Positions 1 through 13,240 of a stretch of 64,000 nucleotides of DNA are shown here, in pieces (positions within the stretch are counted from its first letter, which is position 1; each line of letters opens with the position of its first letter). The position numbers and the translations under genes were made by a program. Under the pieces are notes generated by a model. It was given only the letters and a program-made list of their open reading frames with translations. It was not told where the DNA came from and searched no databases. This stretch comes from the human T2T-CHM13v2.0 reference genome, Homo sapiens, in assembly GCF_009914755.1 (NCBI RefSeq), contig NC_060928.1. One strand, written 5' to 3'.

Positions 1-869
1 AATGTCCTTATCAAATAAATCACTGCAACTGGATATAATTAAGCTAACTAGATGTTTGGCAATTTTGTTTTCAATAAATGGCCCATTATATTCTATCAGA
101 AGATCATTTCCAACTATCTTAGCTTTTAATTTATTATTTTTGAGTAGACTGAAGAATCATGGTAAGGACATATGTATATTGTCTACAATATATCTTAAAG
201 TAATAGAACAAATTTTGATTCAGGGCAAACTGCATGCTATGACAACAGAATAAAAGGCAGGTAAAAATAAAAATAGACAAATAAAATGCAGTTTAGTCAA
301 CCCAATGTTTCAGTACCATTAAAATGTGTAAGCTTTTGTCATGAATTAGTTTTTAAAAATCTAAAAGAGTTGTCTTGTGGATTATAGTGCTGGGACTTAA
401 ACTGCATTTGCAGTAGGACTATTTTATTATTTCTTCAAACAGGAAACCACTGGCAATTCAGTGTGAAGTCATTTTCTATTTTTAAAATAATTGAATCTGA
501 GACATAACTATTAGTATGACAGTTTCACAGAGCAAAAAATAAGATGAATAAGTGGGTCTGAAATGCTGGCTAATGGAGCAATACATTTCAAAATTACATA
601 TACATTTATGTGCTTCTCCGACCACTTACAGTTTCATTCATCATATCGTTTTTTGGCCATTTCCTAGAGAGTATTTCCAATTCTAATGTATTTCTAACAG
701 AAATTTCATGCTGTGATCACTCCTTTGTAAGGTAGAGTTCTGCAATATTTCTGGTTTACATGAGCAGACTTTCTAGTAGGTATATGATGGCTGACTAAAT
801 ATATTAATACTTTTATTTAGTCAGTAATCTGGATGTAAGGCACATAAATACCCCATATAAACAGGGAGC

Positions 870-985
870 AGGCAGAAGCTTCCATCCTTCTTACAAGGCT
901 GTGTGGCCTTCAGCAAGTCACTTAACTTACCTGAACCCTGAGTATTCCCATCTGAAAAAATAGGTTAAATTAGATTATCTGTTAT
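870..985. mobile_element. MIR fragment
   Basis: ggctgtgtggccttcagcaagtcacttaac...catctgaaaaaatagg MIR core. Confidence 0.6.
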
Positions 986-1113
986 AGTGCCTTTTTAATT
1001 TTATGTCTTATATTAACTATTTCTTAACTATATTTAATTTGAGCCAAGTAGGAATTAATGAAGAAAAATCTGAATTAAAGAATGTATTTTTAAAGAAATG
1101 TAATTTTTAAGTA

Positions 1114-1409
1114 TTTTTTTTTCCTTCGAGATAGGGCCTTGCTCTGTTGGCCAGGCTGGAGTGCAGTAGTGTGATCACAGCTCACTGCAGCCTCGACCTC
1201 CCAGGCCCAAGCTATCCTCTGGCTTAGCCTTCTAAGTAGCTAGGATCACAGGTGTGCACCACCACACTCGGCTGATTTTTAGAATTTTTTGTAGAGATGA
1301 ACTCTCTCTGTGTTGCCCAGGCTGGTCTCAAACTCCTGGGCTCAAGCAATCCTCCCACCTCTTCCTTCCAAAATGCTAGGATTATAGGTGTGTGCCACCG
1401 CATTCAGCC
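1114..1409 (-). mobile_element. AluJ
   Basis: Antisense Alu dimer, J-type diagnostics. Confidence 0.85.
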
Positions 1410-1593
1410 CAAGTTTTAAACTTTAAAATTGCATAGGACCTGGAACTGGGTAAACAAATTAATGTCATTTGTATGTAAACAGATGTTTTAAAAATATATA
1501 ACCATGCTCTAAAGTAGTTTTAAATTTTCTTCCTAATTTTGTTTATAAGGTTTTTATAGTAAAATCTTTGTAATACAAAAATAACATTTTCTA

Positions 1594-1890
<297 letters not shown>

Positions 1891-2064
1891 TTATTTATAA
1901 AATCTCCTCACTATGTCATTACAGAACTTAGCAAATTGGTAGTAAAACTTCTGTGGAAGAATAGCCAGCAGATAAATGTTTTAAAAGTACAGATGGTTAG
2001 CTTGCCCTATTAGATTAAAACTCACAGTTATCGAAAACATGAATTATAGAAATCAGAACAGCAT

Positions 2065-2240
2065 CTGATTGTGGGAGGATTGACTGGGAAAGGACATACA
2101 GGAACTTTTTAGAGTGATAAAAATATTCAGTATCTTAATCTAAAAGTGCATACATAAAGGTGCTCACTTTGTAAAATGTTATCAAGCTAAAGACAAATTA
2201 ATGTACTTAATAGAGTATGTTATATATCAACTTTTTAAAA
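2065..2240 (+). mobile_element. Old L1M (L1ME-like) 3' fragment
   Basis: gattgactgggaaagg...ggaactttttagagtgataaaaatatt motif. Confidence 0.55.
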
Positions 2241-2908
2241 AGGTTTTAAAAGTTGGATCCACCGATAGTTTTTTCAAAAAGAATTTCAATTCCTTTGTTA
2301 ATTGAAAGCTAAATAAATTCCAAGATCCATCTGCAATGTAGGAAGTAACTTATGCTCTAACTATGATACTCAAAAAGAAGAGAAATGAGTGGGAAAACAA
2401 AACAAAACATATGGCTGAGTTTTGTGTAGTGTTATGTGAGGTAATTTCCTGTTATTTCTCAGGGTTTTTGGAATTGGATTTGTGTTTCCTTTGGATGCCA
2501 CACTATGCTGTGATGGATATTCAGACTGAGCAAATCAACCCTATTATGTTCTGGTTATCCAATAGATTATAAGCTTCTAGAAAAGAGAACATTTTTTTCA
2601 TGTATATTTTTGTATCTTCCAATGCTAATGGACAAGTTTTTAGTACTTAATTGGCACTCAATTTGTTAAATTGGATTTCAAATATGTAGGATAAAAAATT
2701 AGCATCAAAAATGTATTTTAAAAGGAAATATATCAAAATTTGATAGAAAAATAAGACTTGATGAGTGATCACATTAGTTAAGTGGTCGAGTATACCAGCT
2801 AGATATATACTGTGAATCATCACATAGAATAATGAAGCATCAGTGGAAATTTTTTAAAATGAAAATTAAAATAACTGTAGTTATAAATGACAAATAAAAG
2901 AATAGTGT

Positions 2909-3207
2909 TGGCTGGGTGCGGTGGCTCATGCCTGCAATCCCAGCACTTTGGGAGGCCGAAGTGGGCAGATCTCTTGAGCCCAGGAGTTCAAGACCAGCCT
3001 GGGCAATATGGTGAAACCTCATCTCTACAAAAATACAAAAATTAACCAGGAGTGATGGTACACACCTATAGTCCCAGCCACTTGGGAGGCTGAGGTGGGA
3101 GGATCACCTGAGCCCAGGGAGGTCAAGGCTGCAGTAAGCCATAATCGTGCCACTGCACTCTAGCCTGGGTGACAGAGTGAGACCCTCCCTCAAAAGAAAA
3201 AAAAAAG
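2909..3207 (+). mobile_element. AluJ
   Basis: Full dimer; TSD-like aagaatagtgtt/aagagtagtgtt. Confidence 0.9.
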
Positions 3208-3242
3208 AGTAGTGTTATGCCTATGCCAAGAGAAAGCAAAAT

Positions 3243-3243
3243 T

Positions 3244-3282
<39 letters not shown>

Positions 3283-3566
3283 TTTGAGACAGAGTATCAC
3301 TCTGTTGCCCAGGCTGGAGTGCCATGGTGCAATCTTGGCTCACTGCAACCTCTGCCTTCTGAGTTCAAGCAATTCTCATGCCTCAGCCTCTTGAGTAGCT
3401 GGGATTACACGGGTATGCCACCACTCCCAGCTAATTTTTGTATTTTTAGTAGAGATGGGGCTTCACCATGTTGGTCAGGCTGGTCTCAAACCCCTGACCT
3501 TAAGTGATCCACCTGCCTCGGCCTCCCAGGTGCTGGGATCACAGGGTGTGAGCCACCACGTCCAGC
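3243..3566 (-). mobile_element. AluS with (TTTA)n tail
   Basis: Antisense full dimer. Confidence 0.9.
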
Positions 3567-4079
3567 CAAAATTTCACTTTAAAATTAAATTAGAAATCAA
3601 TAAAAATCCTATGAAACTCTTAAAAGTGCTCTAAAGTAACTCTCAGAATTGCTGCGAAATTCCTCAGTATTTTCTCATCCTCTACATGGTTTTTTTTACA
3701 TTATTGACATCCAAAATAATTTCTAAATGATTTCTCATGATATTTTGTTGTCATATTAATTATTAATAGTGACAAGATATTTTTCTTGTTTTTATCACAA
3801 TTACACAATATTTGCATGGATTAAATCAATCTTTTGTTTGCCTAGCCTGGGTACTTCACTTAAACTAATGTTTTTATGAAAACACGGACTTTATATTAAA
3901 AACAGTTCCAAACATGGAGGAAAGAGCTCCAAGCTCCAATAGGTTAGAAAGGTGGTAAGTGATGGGCCTTATAGGAGTTAAAATTATTATTCTTGAACAG
4001 CTCAAAAGTTTGATTTCTGTGAACTGACTGCAGTACCATCTAAGACATAAGCATCCCTAAAGAGTTGAACTTGGCTATA

Positions 4080-4640
4080 ATCAAGCCTCTAGAGCCAAAT
4101 TCAGTTTACAGAGAATAAAGGAACAAGTTAAATGATATGAGAAGGAAGTAATTGACAAATTCGGAACGTTGGACATTTCTGCTGCATAACTGATCCAGTT
4201 TCTGCAACAAGTAAATGGCAGGGAAAAAAGAAGGGAAGACTGCACCAGTTTAAAATAGACAAAAAGAGAAAACACAACTGAATGCAATGTGTGTTGGATC
4301 CTTATTCTCAAAATCAACTGTAAAAATACATTTTAGAGACAATCAGGAAAATTTTGTTATGGAGTTGTTAATTACATGATGCCAAATGATAGTTATTAAT
4401 TTTGTTAGGTGCAGTCACGGCAATGTGACTATGTAAGAATATGTTCATATTTTTTCAGATGCACAATAAAATATGTAAGTGAAATAATATGATATCTGGG
4501 CTTAAAATATTTTTACAAGAAAAATACGAGAGATGTGAGTCAAATGTGGCAAAATTTTGATAAATGTTGAATATGGGTGACAGGTAAGTGGGAGTTCATT
4601 GGCGTGTGTTTTAAAATAGTCACAATAAAATTTGTAAAAG
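4080..4640 (+). mobile_element. Old L1M (L1MC/ME) 3' end
   Basis: caacaagtaaatggc, aatgcaatgtgtg, gttattaattttgttaggtg, aaatgtggcaaaat motifs. Confidence 0.6.
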
Positions 4641-4710
4641 GCAAAAGCAAAAAAGGATTCATATCTACTTCTTTGAAGTAATAAAAATGATTTTAAAAAA
4701 TATTGATGGG

Positions 4711-5001
4711 GGCCGGTTGTGGTGGCTCATGCCTGTAATCCCAGCACTTTGGGAGGCTGAGGCGGGCAGATCACCGGAGGTCAGGAGTTTGAGACCAGCC
4801 TGGCCAACATGGTGAAACCCCATCTCTACTAAAAATACAAAAAATTAGTGGGCATGGTGGCTCACGTCTGTAATTCCAGCTACTTAGGAGGCTGAGGCAC
4901 GAGAATCACTTGAACCCTGGAGGGAGAGATTGCAGTGAGCTGAGATCATACCACTGCACTCCAGCCTGAGCAACAGAGGGAGACTGTCTCAAAAAAAAAA
5001 A
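4711..5001 (+). mobile_element. AluS
   Basis: Full dimer with A-tail. Confidence 0.9.
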
Positions 5002-5354
5002 TTGTTGGGCTTTAAATACGTATACATTGTTCATAGTATATACAATTCTCTAAAGCTTGTGGCATTAATAAGTTATATATCTGTTTGTATCTTTCACCTG
5101 CTAATTCTGCTCTCTCTATATATACCACATGAAAATAAGAGAACAAGAAAAATAATTTATGCAAAGTATTCATACAAATTTGTAACAGTAAAAATTAGGA
5201 AATTATAAAATACAGGAGGCTGTGAAGCTAAGTATTATATGTCAGTATAATGAAAGGCAGAAATCTATCAAAGGTGACAACAATTTGAACTATGTAAATA
5301 CATAAAACTAAGTATATACACTGGTGTAAGTTAGAAGAAATTTTAAGTGTTAAT

Positions 5355-5440
5355 TAAGACTCTTGCACAGTTCCAAATGACAGAAAACCCAACCCAAACT
5401 GGCTAAGGAAAAGAGGAGATTTATTGGCTGATGAAAATTA
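5355..5440. mobile_element. MLT1 (MaLR LTR) end fragment
   Basis: tgacagaaaacccaacccaaactggctaag...atttattggct. Confidence 0.5.
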
Positions 5441-5469
5441 AAACTTTAAAAGGCACAAAAATCTCTTCA

Positions 5470-6435
5470 AAATAGATTATAGACCTAAATGAAAACGTAA
5501 CATTGTAAAATGTCTAAAAGAAAACACAGGATAAAAATCTAAATGACCTTTCTTTTTTTTTTTTTTTGGTAAAAAAGTCAAAAACAGACAATACCAAAGG
5601 CTGACAAGGACACAAAGCAACAAGGACTCTCATTCATTGCTGATGGACATGCAAAATAGTATAGCTAGTTTAGAAGACAGTTTGGCTTAACACAGGATCC
5701 AGCAATTACTCTCCTAGGTATTTACCAAATTGATTTGAAAACATATCCATGCAAAAGGCTGCACATAAATGTACATAGAAGCATTTCTCACAATTGCCAA
5801 AAACTGGAAGCCACCAAGATGTCTTTCAATAGGGGAAGGGATGAACAAATTGTGACACATCCGCACAGTGAAATATTATTCAGTGGTAAAAAGAAATAAG
5901 CTATCAAACCATGAAAAGATGTGGAGAAGCCTTAAAATGATATTGATGAGGAAATGAAGCCAATCTGAAAAGACTACATACTGTATAACTCCAGCTCTGT
6001 GACATTCAAGAAAAGGCAAAACTGTGGAGACAGTGAAAAGATCAGTGGTTGCCAGGAGCTAGGGGGAAAGGGGGAGGGGGGAATGAATAGGTGAAGCACA
6101 AGAGATTTTTTAAGTGGTGAAACCATAACGTATGGTACTATAATGGTGAATACATGGTCCTATTAATTTGTCAAGACCCCCATATATTTAATAGCATAAA
6201 AAGCAAACCTTAATGGATGCAAATTAAAAAAAATTATTTACGAGATTGTAGGATTTCAGGAAGGAATTCAGACTGTGACAAGAAAATCTAACTGTATTAC
6301 AAGTGCATAAAACAACCTTACTGAAGAGGCTAGAAAGAAAATGTGCAGACTTAAGTAACTTTGGAAATGAATAGAGTTTATAAGAATAAAGGCAAAAGGA
6401 ATTGCAGATAAGCAGTGTACTCTTGTTGACAAAGT
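5470..6435 (+). mobile_element. L1MC3-like fragment (ORF2 end and 3'UTR)
   Basis: gaagccaatctgaaaagactacatactgtat, aaggcaaaactgtggagacag, aatctaactgtattacaa motifs. Confidence 0.75.
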
Positions 6436-6631
6436 CCTTCTCACAGGAGTAAAAAAGAGGTAAGAGTGAGGAAAGAGATGTTTTTCCCAAAGCCAAGTGA
6501 GTCACAAGAAGGGGAGTGGATGAGATGGATGATGAGCAACACAAATCATAAATGCCCACCATAAATATGCATTTGATTATTTTTCTGTAACATTGTAAAA
6601 TATGCTCACACTTTGGAAAAAAAGAAAAAAA

Positions 6632-6948
<317 letters not shown>

Positions 6949-7378
6949 TTAGTTTATGCCTTATAGACTTACCACAACTAGTCATCTTCTATTTTTTAGA
7001 TATTATTATAATTTCACACACACTGCCCAAATCATTTAAAGTAAGCTGAATGAACAAAACTCAAACCAATCACTTTACTAGGTTTAATGCATATCCTGCT
7101 CAAATTTTTATCAAGCAAATATGTCAAGTTTATAATGTTATGAGAAGCTTAAATCAGTGTTAATAAAAATTCGATGAAAAGTATGTTTTTTATTACATCA
7201 AAGAAGTTTCTCTTGCACAAACCATAAAAGCTATGCTAATTCAAATATTCCTTTGTGAAAGTTACCTCAGATATAGTGACAACTGCTGTGTTAAAGACAT
7301 GTTTATGGCAACAAGATGATGATGATCAGACTGAGTGGGCATAATGAGATAGCAGTATCATGTAAATTAAATGTAGGT

Positions 7379-7718
<340 letters not shown>

Positions 7719-7803
7719 TTATATCCATTATATAAAAATCATATATGTGAGAGAAAAAGCAAATTTAGATCTCCTTGTGAAAGCAAACACAAAAACTATT
7801 TAC

Positions 7804-7867
7804 CTGTAAAAATCATTTGTTTTCCCACAGTAGTAGATGTTGGCTTTTGGTATGATACAGATGCCAT
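7804..7867 (-). CDS. SPMIP2: First coding exon of sperm microtubule inner protein 2 (C4orf45); 21 codons plus 1 nt (phase-1 donor); remaining exons lie beyond position 1
   Basis: Minus strand reads ttagccATGGCATCTGTATCATACCAAAAGCCAACATCTACTACTGTGGGAAAACAAATGATTTTTACAG|gtaaat = MASVSYQKPTSTTVGKQMIFT(G). Optimal GCCATGG context, in-frame TGA 48 nt upstream, no upstream ATG to ~7990, canonical donor. Peptide recalled as the C4orf45/SPMIP2 N-terminus (memory, not a search). Confidence 0.9.
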
Positions 7868-8060
7868 GGCTAAAGTCTTAACCGTGCTACTGGATTTTCT
7901 TCTTCGGCTTCTTCAAATCAGTTAAGCTGCACCAGAAAGAACGAAAGACTCTGCAGTCTTTCCTCTCCCTGCTTGTGACCTGCACCAGGTGGTTGCTAAT
8001 GACTCTTTATGACAGGGAGATAGAATGTTCCTCCTTGCAGAGTTCTGCATTCCAATCTCC
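7868..8060 (-). promoter_or_regulatory. SPMIP2: 5'UTR and core promoter region of SPMIP2 (TSS position not determinable)
   Basis: Unique non-repeat sequence upstream of the ATG; GAAGAA-rich UTR; RFX X-box-like GTTGCTAATGAC at 7992-8003; no CpG island and no obvious TATA box. Confidence 0.65.
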
Positions 8061-8439
8061 AAGAGCAGAGACAGATACTGCTATAGTCTTCCCAGAACTT
8101 GCATCCAGTAATAACTTTTCCTTATTTGTCAATATCAAGTCAGAATACACTTGTTCACAGGTACTAGATCCAGTTCCAGCTTATGTCCCAGATAATCTGG
8201 CAGGCTCAGTCACCACTGTCTTTCAACATTTCAAAAAGAATGTCTTGCAGAAATATGTTACAGCAAAAAACAAAAAGCCCCCACAAACCATGGTTAAATA
8301 TATTTGACAAACACTGGCAAGATAAAATACAGTAAAAAATAACATTAATAAATTAATGAGATAATTACACACACACAAATATATATAGATATATTTCCAG
8401 TCTCATATTCCAATCCCTCCTTAAATAGTGCTTGTGCTT

Positions 8440-8825
8440 TGGTCATGTCAATTTACCTGTGGTTCTCAATCTGTGCAATGCTTTCTCATTGTTCTGAGCC
8501 TTTACACATACAATTTGCTCTTCCTGTAATGTTGCTATGCAAATATTTCTTGTCCTTTGACAGCCAAGGCCCACATCTGCTCTTCCAGGAGGATGTCTGC
8601 AGACACAGCTAAGTGCTTTCTTCTTCATGTCCCTTTAACCTCTATAGCACTGTGTTTAGATGTATCTTTTTAACTCACCACTTCAATTATTTGTCTATTT
8701 TATCGACCTCCCCACTAGAATCTGACTTCTAGGAGTTTATGATAAAAGTATACTTATTTATATTTCAATTTCCAGAGACTTGTATGCAATAAATAGTTAA
8801 TAGATGTTTGTGGGATGAATAATTG
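8440..8825. mobile_element. L2 3' fragment
   Basis: cccactagaatctg...tagatgtttgtgggatgaataa L2 terminus. Confidence 0.55.
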
Positions 8826-9019
8826 TATGAACAGTAATTCTAGCTTGCACAGAAATATATCGGCTACCTGATAATCCATTGAAGATAAATTCTAACAGTA
8901 ATTTTGTATTCAACATTAAATATATGGAGTTGTCTACTGTAAATGTAATATCTTTTATATTTTGAGAATTATAAGAAAAACACTATATTAACTCTGGAAA
9001 GGCTTACAGTAGGCTTATG

Positions 9020-9380
9020 GTAGGCAAAGAGATGTGCTACTCAGGTAGGTTCCCTTTCAAGGAAGGCTTGTAGCCCAGCTGGAGGAAGGACTGTCAGCAG
9101 ACAGTGTCCAGCTGTCAGCACCTTCGGGGTCTGCCTTGGCTGCAGAGAGCTGCCTCCTCTGTCTGAGGTCAAGCCTTTTCCAGGGGAGCCTATGTCAGGT
9201 ACTGAATGAGGTAGAGGTATAAAGACCAGTCATTTCTCACCAGGTTGGTCAAGGCTGTGTTGAGCCCTTACAGTTCTTCTTCTTCCTCTGATCAGTCCTG
9301 CTTCCTCACCTTTCCTTTCACAGGTATTGAACCCAAATAACCACCTTGCCCCCCACTTTCAGAGAACCCGACCTGAGATA
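9020..9380 (+). mobile_element. LTR16-family (ERVL) solo LTR
   Basis: cagcagacag...cagctgtcagc, ggctgcagagagctgcc, ggtataaag, agagaacccgacctgaga. Confidence 0.7.
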
Positions 9381-10266
9381 ACTAGACAGCATAAGCACAT
9401 ATGCACAAATGTATTATACAAGAGTGCTTCTCATTTTAACCACTCAGCCCTCCTAACCAGAAACTGAATATATTTCCCCAATGTGGGCAACTAGAGTCAG
9501 TCGCTGTTGTGTTACTGATCTTTGGTGTCATTTTCTTTGGTTCTGACCTGCATTATGCTCTTCTTTACCTTCCTATGGCCTGCTACAGTTTCAGAAGCTT
9601 TCCTACTCTTTCTGTTGTTAATTAATTCTGGTTCCTATAGTCAAGGGCTCTCTATCTCTAGCTGAAAGTATCTTTCTTTGAAAAGCTCCTAGTTGTGTCT
9701 TTGAAACTACCATTTTCCAAGGCGCCCAACTTTGAACATTCCTAGAAGAGAGAAGCCTGCTCACTCACTTGTGGTTTTAAGGATGCTGAGAAGAGAAAGG
9801 AAGAAGGAACCTAAATGAAGAAAGTAATTCTTTAGTAAACAAGGCAGAAAATAAATGAGATCTTGGCTTTTGTTGGAGGACTTCCCATTAACACTTCAGG
9901 GGAAATGCGGGCTTCTGCTTTGCCTTTGAGACTGTTACAAACTTTAATCTGTTGTAGGCTTAGGGTCAGACATTCTGATGGCAAAGGCTGGAGGGAAGGG
10001 AAAATATGGGAGAAGAACCAGGTTAGCTCTTCTCCATAAAATTATTCCACTAATTGAAGACATATTTAGGTTCATTTGTTTTGTGTTGTTTCAGTTTTTA
10101 GAAATTTAAAAATTTATTTCACAAGTAACATATTTACATAGTTTCAAAGTAAAATCCTTAATGGATATTCAGAGAAGTCCAGCTTTTATCCTTGTTACCT
10201 CCTGCTGTTCCTTCCTTTTTTTTTTTTCTTTTCTTGCAGGAAACATTTTTAAAAATATAACTACAA

Positions 10267-10549
10267 GGCCTGGCATAGTGGCTTACACCTGTAATCCCAG
10301 CACTTTGGGAGGTCGAGATGGGTGAATTCCTTGAGCCCAGGAGTTTGAAACTAGTCTGGGCAACATGGCAAGACCCCCATCTCTACAAAAATTAGCTGGG
10401 CACAGTGGTCTGTGTCTATGGTCCCAGCTACTTGGGAGGCTTAGGTGGGAGGATTACTTGAGAGCCCAGGAGTTTGAGACTACAGTGAGCTGTGATCATA
10501 CCACTGCACTCCAGCCTGGGTGACAGAGTGAGACCTTGTCTCAAAAACA

Positions 10550-10550
<1 letters not shown>
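10267..10550 (+). mobile_element. AluJ
   Basis: Dimer whose tail runs into (CA)n. Confidence 0.88.

Positions 10551-10551
<1 letters not shown>

Positions 10552-10601
<50 letters not shown>
10552..10601. repeat. (CA)n(TA)n microsatellite
   Basis: Directly visible. Confidence 0.97.
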
Positions 10602-10729
10602 GTATGTATTTATGATTATATCCTCACCTTTCCTAAAGAAATGGCAGCATACTGAACATACTATCTTTTACCTTGCTTTTTTCTCTTAATCCATCTGGAG
10701 ATCACTCAATAGCATTACGTAAAGATATT

Positions 10730-10730
<1 letters not shown>

Positions 10731-10765
<35 letters not shown>
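10731..10765. repeat. (CT)n microsatellite
   Basis: Directly visible, one interruption. Confidence 0.95.
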
Positions 10766-10767
<2 letters not shown>

Positions 10768-11279
10768 TACAGCTGCAAAATGCATTTACCAGTTTATTCA
10801 ACCAGTCCACTATTAGTGGTCATTTGGGCTGTTTCCAATTTTTTTGCTATTACAAAGATTGCTACAAAGTGTAGTTTTCTGCATACATCTTATATTTTTT
10901 GCAGACATCTTTGGGATAGATTACTAGAAGGGATAGTCCTGGGTCAAAGGAAAACACATATGTAATTTTGCTCAATGTTGCTAACCCTGCCACCATCATG
11001 GTTATGCCATTTTGTATTCTCATCCACAATACCTGAGAATGCCGATTTTTATACAGCCTCACCCACAGACTATGTGGTCAAACTTTCTAATTTTTTTCAA
11101 TATGACAGGTAAGAAATGGTAACATAGTAATTTACACTTCTGTTCTTGTTAGTGTGATTGAACATGCTTTCATGTGCGTCAGGGCCATGTACATTATATG
11201 CTATGAACTATCTAGTCTTACCTCTTTTTCTATCAAGTTGTTGACTTTTTTCCATCCTACATTTTTTTAAAAATGAGCT

Positions 11280-12260
11280 AACATTCTAAAGAAACACATA
11301 AACAGAGAATGAAAATACAATGTAGTAAGAGTAATGATAAATGTAGTAATACATTTAGTAAATACCTGATTTCCCAGAGTCATGGGAACAGAGAGGAAGA
11401 TCACTTGGCCGGGGCTGGGACGGAAGCTGAGGGCTGATGATGTGGTGAGGCAGGGTTTCCTTGAGGCAGCGATGTTTGAACTGTGTTGTAGAGAATGACT
11501 AGGATCTAGACAAGGGACAAGGAGCTGGAGGTTGGGGTGGGTGGTGAGGGCATTTTGGGCAAAGGGCATAGCTTGAACAAAAGGCTAGGAGGGGAGAAAC
11601 AGCCAATAGCACTGTGCCTAGCAAAAATACAAGTTCCTCATTGCTAGAGAGTCATCACTAGGAGGGTGAGCTGGGAGGTGAGGCTGGAGCTTTGCTCTGT
11701 AGGTAATGAGGACCCCTGATGGTTTTATAGTCTTATTTATTTATTTTATTTTACTCTTTTGAGGCAGAGTCTCACTGTGTCACCCAGGCTGGAGTGCAGG
11801 GGCTCAATCATGGCTCACTACAACCTTGACTGCCCTGGGCTCAGGTGATCCTCCCACTTCAGCCTCCAGAGTAACTGAGACTACAGGAGATGGGGTCTCA
11901 CCATGTTGGCCAGGCTGGTCTGGAACTCCTGGGCTCAAGCAATCCTCCTGACTCAGGCTCCCAAAATACTGGAATTACAGGCGTGAGCCACCACACCTGG
12001 CCCTCTGAAAGGTTTTAAACGAGCAGACACTGGTTGGTGTTGGGTTTAAATAGAAGACACCTGACTGTGTGGAGAATGGGCTTAAGAAAAGCGAGGAGTC
12101 TGGGGCCCAGCAGGAAACTGTTGAAGTGGCCCAGGGGAGTGGAGATGGGGCCTGAACTAAGCCAGGCACAGAGGAGACACATTTGGAGTGTGTATCGAAG
12201 AGTAAGAATGACCCCCAGTTTTCTAGTTTGGCTGACTAGTGAGTAGTGGTACCCCAAAAT
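11280..12260. mobile_element. L2 fragment interrupted by an Alu
   Basis: ggcagcgatgtttgaactg, tgtaggtaatgaggaccc, aagaatgacccccagttttctagtttgg. Confidence 0.65.
11732..12002 (-). mobile_element. AluJ (linker deleted)
   Basis: Antisense Alu. Confidence 0.85.
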
Positions 12261-12886
12261 AACACAGAGAAAACAAAAGAAAGAAAACGGGGGCCAATGA
12301 ATAAATTGATGGCATTGACTAGATGTGGATTTGTACATGCTGCACAACAGGCTAACAGAGCAGTTAAAATTAAGCCCAAATTGTCATAAAGTATTGTGAC
12401 AGCGACTGAACTCATTACTGGGACTAAAAGTGGTCTCCATGAGCCACCAGATGCCTTTTGTTACGGAAAATCCCTATTGTTTATGAATCAATAGTTGCTC
12501 TTCTGATGAAACTCAGGGTTTGCTGCTCAGCACAGATGAGATGTTGGCTATTGTCTCGCTTCGATAATTGAATAGCTAATTCAGAGTTGATAACCACTTT
12601 ACCAGTTACAACTTGGAGGCCAATGCAGTGGCCCTGTAAAAGTATCTTGTTTTAACATTTGCGAAAGAATCAAGTTATATATCTTAATGATATAAAAGTG
12701 ATACAAATTAGAAGCTTTTATTATATAGCAGAGATATATCTCTAGATGAACACAGGTCAGAATGTACTACAATTACATAATAACATTCAAATATCCTATT
12801 ATGAAGCACACTTGGTAAACTGGAAAGCTTTGCCACCGTTTAGCAGTGAACCTTATACTTTTAAGCACTATATGTATAGTACTTAA

Positions 12887-13236
<350 letters not shown>

Positions 13237-13240
13237 TGTA

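Larger units (their letters stand above)
10100..11265 (-). mobile_element. Old L1M fragment, interrupted by an Alu
   Basis: ggctgtttccaatttttgctattacaaa, ccattttgtattctcatccacaat, aagaaatggta motifs. Confidence 0.6.

Noticed and set aside
12443-12456. CCACCAGATGCC CTCF-like core
   Set aside because: Mismatch in the GGC part of the core; cannot be supported without a PWM score or ChIP data
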